A DNA stretch of 63,759 nt, counting the filler, from Raillietiella orientalis (Eukaryota): NCBI GenBank assembly GCA_036172245.1. It is 2 parts of 2 records of this genome, joined end to end, with 100 filler letters (N's around TTAATTAATTAA, not from the genome) between each part and the next. Parts side by side here need not be neighbours in the genome. Positions count along the whole stretch, not along the records: positions 1 to 31,994 come from JAYWIR010000198.1; positions 32,095 to 63,759 come from JAYWIR010000200.1. The stretch is one strand, 5' to 3'. The notes below the pieces were generated by a model. The model had not been told where the DNA came from and searched no databases. It saw only the letters and a program-made list of their open reading frames with translations. Within the stretch, counting starts at the first letter, position 1. Each line of letters opens with the position of its first letter. A program made the translations under genes and the position numbers. Shown one piece after another: positions 24,407 to 35,000 of this stretch.

Positions 24407-24412
24407 AATAAA
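24407..24412 (+). terminator. Putative polyadenylation signal of the CUB-type gene (mirror at 7583-7588, minus strand)
   Basis: AATAAA begins 25 nt after the last base of the predicted TAG stop. Confidence 0.5.
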
Positions 24413-24794
24413 AGTTTGCTCTGTACCTCTCGTGGGTTGAGAAAGGACTGTGACTCTTGCCGCCGGAGGTTTGCAAGGATAACTGCTGCGAACCACATGC
24501 AATGGGCGTGATGCTGCTTGAGGATGCTCATGTATTCGGTGCAGATAGGCACTTTAAGGTTGAAAATGAAATATTCGGCGTTGCGATGTCGCTGCTGTTT
24601 GCGTGATTTCGGAAGAGCTGAGGAAACCTCGTGGATGGTGCGGTGGGAAGAATCGAACGCAAAGGCCAGATGGACTCGCCTTACAATACTTTTCATATCG
24701 AGCTCCTGGGATTCTACATACTGGGATAATACTTCGCTTTTCGCATTCCTTTCGGAAGAGCAAAGAACGAACGAGTCCAGGCCAGGCGCAATAG

Positions 24795-25881
24795 GTGCAT
24801 CTGCAGTATTCGGATTATCCACATGCAAATGAGGTCCATGGACAAGGACCCCAAGGTCGCCGTAATAATGTGTTGATAAACGTCCGTGTCGGAAGGGACG
24901 TACAATGGAAGGATGGTCGGGCAGGAAGCCGCCGTCCAGCAGGAATTTCTGGACAGACGTCTCCCATTCTTCCCCTTTTTCCTCAAGCAAGGCATGCAAG
25001 CGAGTTTCCGGACATCCGGTAAAACGCGGACGCACATTTGCCGAAAGGCAATCGGAGAGAGGGACCTCGACGGTTGCTCAAAGTGGTTGCTCTTGTTCGA
25101 AGCGCATTTCAGAGGTAGCGGATGGCTGGACCCTTCCCTCCGGAAGAAACGGAGAGCGAATCCGTTCAGCAGATGCCTTTATCGTGCAGTGCCAGAGATA
25201 GCACGAAGGGCCGTGCGTTCCCGGTTCTGCCTTCGAAGTTGCCGGAGGAAAGGAGTTGTGGAGGCGACAGATTCGGAAGGATATGCGCCCCCGTTGAATG
25301 CAGACACATGCCACCTACTGTGGCATTCCTGCAAAGTTCCCCCTTGCACAGAAGGCACGCGATTGGTGATCTCAGGGCGCACTCCACCTTGGCAACGCAC
25401 CAGTTGCCATGCTCTCCCACCGCTATGCAGCAATGGGCACGCCGTCGTTCCTGCAATGGGGGGGGGGGGAATTGGCGTATGTCTCCGTGCTTCCATCCTC
25501 CAGATCCTCCTTATTCACCGCGTGTCCTCCCTTTCCGCATATCTCTACTGGAACGCGGACGAGTCGCCTTTGTTTAGCTTTTCCTGGAAGGTTCCTTTAG
25601 CATACACGACCTCCAGTGTGTTGACAGAGAACGTGTTGTTGGCAGAGATGGTGCGATTCCACGTGATGAACACTGGGATCCGGATTCAGGGTGCGAAAAT
25701 CTGGAACAGCCGGGCGGGTGTCGTGCCTGAACTTTGCAGCAGACGCCGAAGCCGCACCCATCCACGAAGGTGCCCCTGCGAACAACGCAGTTGAGGTGAG
25801 AGAGGCACCAGAGGCAGGTGCCCTGATGGTAGCACTCTGTGCACTCCTGATGCTGCAGAGGCACAATCGCCAGCAGCGAAC
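24795..25881 (-). pseudogene. Mirror copy of the degraded CUB-type paralog
   Basis: Reverse complement of 6114-7200. Confidence 0.7.
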
Positions 25882-27089
25882 CCGCGGAAAACCAAGCATA
25901 CGCAGGTCCTCTGTCAGACCCATGTCCCGTGCCGGAGGCGCTCAGCGTGCGTCGACGGCTGCCTGACGACAGCAGGCACGGGGTGTGCGACCCGAGGAAA
26001 AGCAATGGAGAGGCGAGACGCGGGGAACCGCTCACTGCCTTCGTCCGTTCAAATGCCGCTTCCAGAACCAAGAAGAAAGCCTATCGACTCTTTCTGCAGA
26101 GGAGGAGGCTAATGGAGGGATGCTGCGCGCGGGGACAATGCAATGCTGTTGAGCTCGCGCGCACTACACGTCCGAATGTTCTCTCCTGCACCCCAACCTC
26201 TCCCGTTCGAGAAGGAATTCACGACAATGTTTGGCATGAAGTTTTTTCCCTGTCACGAGGGGACGTTTATTTCCATGAACAAGCAGGGAACAGTTGCTTC
26301 CTCCCGCTGAAGCCTACCAAAAAGCAAAACTCAAAAACACCAACGGTTCGCATGCCAGGAAAGCTGTAGGTTCCAAATGGGTGTGGGAGGTGGGGACTGA
26401 GAACAAAAAACATCCTATGCTTAAGACTTGGGCCAGATCGAATACTAGTTGGAGAATTAAGAGGTGCTGAAGCCTTTAGCTTCCGGCGTGCCATTAATAC
26501 GGTACAATTTCTGAAATTTAGAATTTATAGACGACGACTGCAAAAATATCGCAGGCCAACTTGCAAAAACATAATTAATATATGAAATGGAGCGTCACTC
26601 TAGATGCAATAGTAGTAAGTGAATATGCTGATCGTAAAGTAATTAAGGGAGCACCTTTGCAGGGTGCATTTACTGCTGCTGCAACGCATATGTTTCGGCC
26701 GATCTTGACATCCACATTGGTGAAAATCATAGTATTTTCTCCTCTTCTATTTTGGCCTGGAGTTCTTTAGCAATTTACGCACCACTTGCCAATTACTGCT
26801 ATTTTCATATTAGGCAACTCTGCTTTTTGCTCTCTTTTTCCAACTTGGTCCATTATTTGGAAAGAGCAATGCAATACATCAAGATGACGTAGCTGCGATG
26901 AAAGCATCAGAAGAAGGAGACTTTGAGAATTAAGGCACATTCTCCAAGTTGTATACAAAGTGCCTATTGTATGTCTTGGATCGTGCTAACGTTTCTGCAT
27001 ATGCGGTAATTGCTGCGATCATTGCAGTGCTGTTAAACGGTAGGCAGGGACGTTTCAGACAGAACTTGCTTGGAAAAAGGGTAGATTAC

Positions 27090-30000
27090 TGAGGGCGTTC
27101 TGTGATCGTTGTGGGACGACGCTGCAATTTTTCATCAACAGAGAGAACAGCGTGGTTGTTCCAGTGGGTGCGTCGTGGGACGGGAAGTCCGGATCCCCAG
27201 GCGGATCCAGTCTGGATCCGCCTGGGGATCCCTACGGTCGGGTACTTTGCGTTCCGTTGGGCGCTATCGGCGCAGCCGTAGCGTGGTCGGACTTTCTTCA
27301 GAAGGCAGAGTTGTCCACCACCATCTTGTTCATTAACGGCGAGTTTACTTTGATGGAACGGGTGGCTGTTTATAATACTTTTGTGGCCTCCTTCCACCAC
27401 CCCCTGTTTATTTTGTTAGAACCTCCCTTCGCGGCAAAAGAGCGGGCTAAACGCCTGCTTAGGAACGTTCTCTGGGGACCGGCGAGATCCAGGATCAGCC
27501 TGAAAGTCTTCGGAACTCCACGTCGAGATGCTGGCTTGGACATCCTGACAATGGAGCGAATCGGACTGCAGGAGCAGTTCCGACTGCTGCACTGTGTGCC
27601 GAGCTGTGGACAACCCCCCAGTGTGTGCCTGCACGCATTCTCCTGAGGAGATGCGCCGGCAGCGGAGGACTGCTCTCGCTGTTGCCGGGCACTCGCTCCG
27701 GCTGTTCCCGCTCCCAATGTCCGCTCCGGCAACGGCGGTCGAACATTTCTTCGACCTACTAAGCCGTGGGACAGGGCCACGGGTCAACAGGGCAAAATCG
27801 TCGATGGTGGCAGTTGGAGCGACGTGGGTAGGACGACCTGACTGGATCCGCCTGGGGATCCCGACGGGCACACATCTGAAGTACCTTGGCGTTCCGCTGG
27901 GAGACTTCTGCCCGTGAGAAGCATGGTCAGGCCGTCTTCAGAAAGTGGATTTGGCGATTCGCCCGTTCCTGGAGGGCAAGTTCCACTTGCCGGAACGGGC
28001 CGCAGTATGGAACGCTTTTGCGGCCCCTATCCTTCATTAATACTTTTGTTTGCCCCGTCCCCATGAATATGAAAAAAAGTACAAAGGATCTCCTGCGCAT
28101 CGCCCTTTGGGGCAAGGGGAGGCCCCGAGTTCCTTTGATGGACTTGTGCGCTCCGCGTCGTGATGGTGGTCTTGGCCTCCTGACGCTGGAGCGCATGGAA
28201 ATTCGGCTGCGATGGCGAACCTTGGCCATCGCAGCGAAGTTGTGAAGCACCCCGTGGTGTGTTCCTGCCCGCCTCCTTGCCAGACGTGCATCCGGAACGG
28301 GAGGACTCGCATCTCTTCTATGTCGTGAAAGGAAGACAAGATGATGCGGCCTTCTACTCGTCCGAGGAGCCACCCTGGCGAGGGAGAATGCGTGGATGAT
28401 CCGCAGCCCCGTCAACTCCAGCGCATGGCTGGAAGAAACAGTTGGCACGTGGGCGGTAGTGAATCAGAGGAGCCACGAGAGGTGGAATAGCCTGCGGCGG
28501 GGCAGATACTCCCGCTGCACTCTACGCGAGATCCTGGAGTGTCCAGCCAGAAGCACGTGGGCAGAGACGACCTGCCTGGCGACGGTGCTGCCCTTCCTAC
28601 GTAGGGCCCTCGTCAGCAGCCGGACGCCAAGGTGGCAAGTCTCTTGCCGTATCCCAGGCAGAGAAAAATTGTTCAGCGTTTGGACAATGGGACAGCTGGC
28701 GGACGCCACAACCCATAGCGTCCTTCCGCAAGGACTTAGAAAATGGGGCGAGCTGCTCGGCATCACGACTGATGACCTGAAGTGGCCTCCAGTGATAACT
28801 GGAACAAGCATCCTTTCCCTAAAATGGCAGGAGTCGGCGCTGATGCTGTTGCACTGGGGACTCCCCTGCAATGCTTGCCGCCACCATTGGACACGGGGAA
28901 GTTTTCACCCGGTCACGCCGGGGCGTTTATTAAAAAACGCTTTGCATTTGAGGTACTAGGCCCCGCTACGGCCAATATTTCATGGGACCTGCCAGGAAGC
29001 CGGTTCTGAGGCCAGCTTGTCCTCCTCGGCAGCGGAGGTGATAGGGGGTGAAACAAAAAGAAAAATAAATGAAATAACAAAAAGAAACTATTTGGGGGGC
29101 CGGGAAGGGATCACAACCCGCTAGAGGAAGAGACTATCCTTTCCCTCGGTACTGCCGACCGGCATAGGGAGGGTCGTAGCATAACGTTCCCACAAGGGCC
29201 GGAGGGCAGCGCAGTCCACTAACAGATGGGGGAGGGATTCCTTCTCCCCGCACACTGCACAGTTCTGTCCCACGTTCCCCAACGTCCAGTGGTGGCGGCG
29301 CGCGTTGCAGGGAAGACCCCAGTGCAACAACAACAGCGCCGTTTCCTGCCACTTGAGGGGGAGGGTGGATGCGTCTCTAAATAACGGGGGCCACTCTAGG
29401 GTAATTATCCGCCGGGATGCCAAACAGCTCGACCCATCTCCGTATTCCATGCGGGTGAACGCTTGGGGTTGCGGCGTCTGCCAGTTCCTTTATTGTCCAC
29501 CCGCTTAGATCCTTCTCCTTGCCCGCTATCCAGCAGGAGACTTGCCATCTCGGCTTCCGGCTGTTTTGAAGCTCCCTTCGTAGGAAGGGCAGCGCCGTGG
29601 CCAGTGGGGTCGTCTCCGCCCAAGTGTTTCTGGCGACGCCACAGGTGTTGCGAGCGCCTCACTGCCAAAACAGACGACCCCCTGCGATCCTCTCGATCTC
29701 CTGAGCGTTCTCCGCGGTGATCACGTGAATCTCCTGCAGGAGCGCCAGGTCGAAGTCGCGCAGGGTGTCGGCCGTATCCCGCCTGTTGCCGTCGTCGCGC
29801 AGCCGGTTGACGTTCCAGCAGGCTACGCGGATCCTACGGCGACAGGCGAGCCCAGGTGTTAATCCTGGGAAAGTGGCAATGGGGCTCCCGCCACCTTGTC
29901 TGGCGGGACGCTAGGAGGAGGGGGTGCGTCGCGCATCGCTTCTCCCTCCTCCATGGGGGCCGAGTCTTCGTCAGGGCCGTGCAGAGGAAGGGGGGTTTCA

Positions 30001-31994
30001 CCCACCTGTACTTCCTCCTCCATGGGGGTCGCCAGCTGCACGGTGTCTTGAAATGAGAGATTCCCACCCTCGCCTCCCACGCTGCCGGCTTCCCCCTCGA
30101 GTGCCAGTTCATCCTCCTCCTTCTTGATCCGTACGCGCCTCCTGGGATTCTGGGACTTGCGTCCCGTCTTCTTTGGTGGCGCCTCCGTTGAGGAGGACGC
30201 ACTTCCAGCATCCGGATCGGCCTCACCTGCATCCGGAGCCTTCCTCGCGGCCGGCCTTCGTAAGCCTTTCCGGGAGTTCTTCTCACGGCCTTGCAGTTCA
30301 GCCGCGATTTCTTCCACCGCCTGCTGGAAGGCGGCCTCCTCGATCGCGTCGAGCGCGGCGCGCGGTTCCCCCTCTGTTTCCCCAGAGGGTTCGCCATCGA
30401 CCGTCGCGGCTTCGGCGGACGCGAGGGGGGGGATTGCTCCCCCGGCGGCGGCATCGGGTGCCTCCACACGTCCTAATTTTACTGAACACGCGCGGAGCTT
30501 TTCGCGGCACGGTTTTTCGCGCTGCGTTTTTGTTTTCACCGCGTTTCGTTCGGGACTCCCGGGTTTTCTTCGTGGCTGTACCGTCTGCCAGCCTTCGCCG
30601 TCACCAGCGTCGTCGGGAGTGTTCTCAACCGACGTTTGCTGTGAGGGCTTAGGGACTGACATCTGGGTGTTTACAGCCTGTTTCTGTGTATGCGTCTCTC
30701 CCGTGCGTTTCCCTTTTGTCTTTTTGGCAGCGGATGGGGACGGGATTTCTCTTCTTGGGCACACCTTACGGATGTGGCCCTTATTTCCACATAAGTGGCA
30801 TTGGATGTTAGGGCACCGTTTTTTTAGATGCCCTGTAGCATCGCAATGGCCACAATACTTGGGCTTACCCACGTACGTCCGCGACTTTTTCTTCGCCGAT
30901 ATTCAGTTTGTGGGGAAGCCCACCATTCTCTGGTAGGGTGACGCGGGCTGCGGCCATCCCACTGAATAGCCTTCCGTACGTTCGGAAGACATTGGGTTTG
31001 GCCCAATACGCGTGCACACTACTATGCTTCGACAACTCCTCATGGACGCTGGTTTTGTCCATTCGGAGTGATACGCCCGTGAGGTGGATCACGACGGAGC
31101 GGTCCTCCGTCACAGGGAAGATCCTGCGGCCGTCCACCGTAATAGGGGTGTTCAGCAGTCGCTGCGCCAGACTTGCCTCTTTTCATGTCAGCTCAACTCG
31201 CTGGCCTCCACTAAGGACGGATAGGCCTTCAAGGTCTTCCTCCCTCACGTTCAACCTTTGCAGCTCCATTTCGAAGGAGCGTGCAATTTTTTCATCAAAC
31301 ACACTGCCTACCTTATAGATCAGAGACGGCTTGTAGCCGCTGTCCTTGTAGGCAGTCTGCTCCGCTACTGCATCCGGGGATGGTGCAGCAACGACGTCAC
31401 TCCAACTCCTCGCCAATGGCGAAGAGGGTCGCGAAGGGGCGGTTGCCCCCGATTCCGATGGGGCAAGTGCCAGGGATTCCGGGGGGGCGGATGCCCCCAC
31501 TTTCATTGATGGAGGACAGCATGTCGCTTCTCCTACTCCAACTTCCATCGCGGTGTCCTCAGGCATTTCTTCCATGGGACACCGGTGCTCCCACACACCA
31601 GACAACCAACGAAAAGCTTCCCACTAACCAGTCCGTGGAGCGATGCCAAACCACGTCCGCTCCCTAGAAGGACACGGGGGAGTGTGAACGCAAACTGTGC
31701 CCGGTGTGGGGAGCGGGAAACCCTCCCTCACCTTTTAGTTGACTGTGCTGCCCTCCGGCCCCTGTGGGAACGCTTCGGTTCCACCTTAGGGATCCGGAAT
31801 GGTAGCCTTCCCAGAGACGTTTTTCGGCTCCTCTTCGTGCGGCACGCCCTGCAGCCAGCCGCTGTAATAGCAGCTCTCTGCCGCGTTCGCGGTATTGTGG
31901 CAGCTTGGAGTGGATCCGACGAAGCAGAGGATGTCAACGGAAGGGATGGCATGGAGTTTGCAGCTCGCTTTCTGCGAATAGCATCCCGATGGCC
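27090..31994. mobile_element. Mirror copy of the LINE nest (inserted element 28903-31669 on minus; TSDs 28889-28902 and 31670-31683)
   Basis: Reverse complement of 1-4905. Confidence 0.85.
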
Positions 31995-32094
31995 NNNNNN
32001 NNNNNNNNNNNNNNNNNNNNNNNNNNNNNNNNNNNNNNTTAATTAATTAANNNNNNNNNNNNNNNNNNNNNNNNNNNNNNNNNNNNNNNNNNNN
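31995..32094. other. Artificial 100-bp contig-joining linker
   Basis: Exactly 44 N + TTAATTAATTAA (32039-32050, stop codons in all six frames) + 44 N. Confidence 0.95.
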
Positions 32095-35000
32095 TTGCAT
32101 TCTGTGTTGTTTTCATGGTAACCAATGTCGGAATTTGAAAGGCAATCTTCTCCTTCGCTCTTATTCATTATTTGGTCCTAATTTGCCACTTTTCACCTTT
32201 TGTAATGATCTCGAAGTCACAAGATTTCACCATTGCATTTTTGCGCCTCTTCACGAAGCATCCATTTGCAGTGAGTGGCAAATTCCCGTCATGGAGAGCC
32301 GAAGAGCCTCCCAATTTCCTGGTTTCAGAGGATCATCAAGAAGAGTCCGACATTTCATTAGGGCGTGGCACTTCGCATTCTGTGTTGTTTTCATGGTAAC
32401 CAATGTCGGAATTTGAAAGGCAATCTTCTCCTTCGCTCTTATTCATTATTTGGTCCTAATTTGCCACTTTTCAGCTTTTCTAATGATCTCGAAGTCAGAA
32501 GGTTTCTCCATTGCACTTTTGCGCCTCTTCACGAAGCATCCATTTGCAGTGAGTGGCAAATTCCCGTCATGGAGAGCCGAAGAGCCTCCCAATTTCCTGG
32601 TTTCAGAGGATCATCAAGAAGAGTCCGACATTTCATTAGGGCGTGGCACTTTGCATTCTGTGTTGTTTTCATGGTAACCAATGTCGGAATTTGAAAGGCA
32701 ATCTTCTCCTTCGCTCTTATTCATTATTTGGTCCTAATTTGCCACTTTTCAGCTTTTCTAATGATCTCGAAGTCAGAAGGTTTCTCCATTGCACTTTTGC
32801 GCCTCTTCACGAAGCATCCATTTGCAGTGAGTGGCAAATTCCCGTCATGGAGAGCCGAAGAGCCTCCCAATTTCCTGGTTTCAGAGGATCATCAAGAAGA
32901 GTCCGACATTTCATTAGGGCGTGGCACTTCGCATTCTGTGTTGTTTTCATGGTAACCAATGTCGGAATTTGAAAGGCAATCTTCTCCTCCGCTCTTATTC
33001 ATTATTTTTCCTAATTTGCCACTTTTCAGCTTTTGTAATGAACTCGAAGTCAGAAGATTTCACCATTGCACTTTTGCGCCTCTTCACGAAGCATCCATTT
33101 GGAGTGAGTGGCAAATTCCCGTCATGGAGAGCCGAAGAGCCTCCCAATTTCCTGGTTTCAGAGGATCATCAAGAAGAGTCCGACATTTCATTAGGGCGTG
33201 GCACTTTGCATTCTGTGTTGTTTTCATGGTAACCAATGTCGGAATTTGAAAGGCAATCTTCTCCTTCGCTCTTATTCATTATTTGGTCCAAATTTGCCAC
33301 TTTTCAGCTTTTGTAATGAACTCGAAGTCAGAAGGTTTCACCATTGCACTTTTGCGCCTCTTCACGAAGCATCCATTTGCAGTGAGTGGCAAATTCCCGT
33401 CATGGATAGCCGAAGAGCCTCCCAATTTCCTGGTTTCAGAGGATCATCAAGAAGAGTCCGACATTTCATTAGGGCGTGGCACTTTGCATTCTGTGTTGTT
33501 TTCATGGTAACCAATGTCGGAATTTGAAAGGCAATCTTCTCCTTCGCTCTTATTCATTATTTGGTCCTAATTTGCCACTTTTCAGCTTTTGTAATGATCT
33601 CGAAGTCAGAAGGTTTCTCCATTGCACTTTTGCGCCTCTTCACGAAGCATCCATTTGCAGTGAGTGGCAAATTCCCGTCATGGAGAGCCGAAGAGCCTCC
33701 CAATTTCCTGGTTTCAGAGGATCATCAAGAAGAGTCCGACATTTCATTAGGGCGTGGCACTTCGCATTCTGTGTTGTTTTCATGGTAACCAATGTCGAAA
33801 TTTGAAAGGCAATCTTCTCCTTCGCTCTTATTCATTATTTGGTCCTAATTTGCCACTTTTCAGCTTTTCTAATGATCTCGAAGTCAGAAGGTTTCTCCAT
33901 TGCACTTTTGCGCCTCTTCACGAAGCATCCATTTGCAGTGAGTGGCAAATTCCCGTCATGGAGAGCCGAAGAGCCTCCCAATTTCCTGGTTTCAGAGGAT
34001 CATCAAGAAGAGTCCGACATTTCATTAGGGCGTGGCACTTTGCATTCTGTGTTGTTTTCATGGTAACCAATGTCGGAATTTGAAAGGCAATCTTCTCCTT
34101 CGCTCTTATTCATTATTTGGTCCTAATTTGCCACTTTTCAGCTTTTGTAATGATCTCGAAGTCAGAAGGTTTCTCCATTGCACTTTTGCGCCTCTTCACG
34201 AAGCATCCATTTGCAGTGAGTGGCAAATTCCCGTCATGGAGAGCCGAAGAGCCTCCCAATTTCCTGGTTTCAGAGGATCATCAAGAAGAGTCCGACATTT
34301 CATTAGGGCGTGGCACTTCGCATTCTGTGTTGTTTTCATGGTAACCAATGTCGGAATTTGAAAGGCAATCTTCTCCTTCGCTCTTATTCATTATTTGGTC
34401 CTAATTTGCCACTTTTCAGCTTTTGTAATGAACTCGAAGTCAGAAGATTTCACCATTGCACTTTTGCGCCTCTTCACGAAGCATCCATTTGGAGTGAGTG
34501 GCAAATTCCCGTTATGGAGAGCCGCTGAGCCTCCCTATTTCCTGGTTTCAGAGGATCATTAAGAAAAGTCCGACATTTCATTAGGGCGTGGCACTTTGCA
34601 TTCTGTGGTGTTTTTATGGTAACCAATGTCGGAATTTGAAAGGCAATCTTCTCCTCCGCTCTTATTCATTATTTGGTCCAAATTTGCCACTTTTCAGCAC
34701 TTGTAATGAACTCGAAGTCAGAAGATTTCTCCATTGCACTTTTGCGCCTCTTCACGAAGCTTCCATTTGGAGTGAGTGGCAAATTCCCGTCATGGAGAGC
34801 CGCTGAGCCTCCCTATTTCTTGGTTTCAGAGGATCATTAAGAAGAGACTGACATTTCATTAGGGCGTGGCACTCTGCATACTGTGTTGTTTCCATGGAAA
34901 CCAATGTCGGAATTTGAAAGGCAATCTTCTCCTCCGCTCTTATTCATTATTTGGTCCTAATTTGCCACTTTTCAGCTTTTGTAATGAACTCGAAGTCAGA

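Larger units (their letters stand above)
18939..31994 (-). repeat. Right arm of the 13,056-bp inverted repeat
   Basis: Reverse complement of 1-13056. The contig ends GATGGCC, mirroring the GGCCATC start. No differences were seen in spot checks or in the ORF translations. Confidence 0.97.

Noticed and set aside
1..31994. Giant DNA transposon, Polinton or linear virus/plasmid with 13-kb terminal inverted repeats
   Set aside because: No transposase, integrase, polymerase B or capsid genes were found. The ends fall in the middle of a LINE fragment, and the arms hold ordinary intron-containing host sequence.
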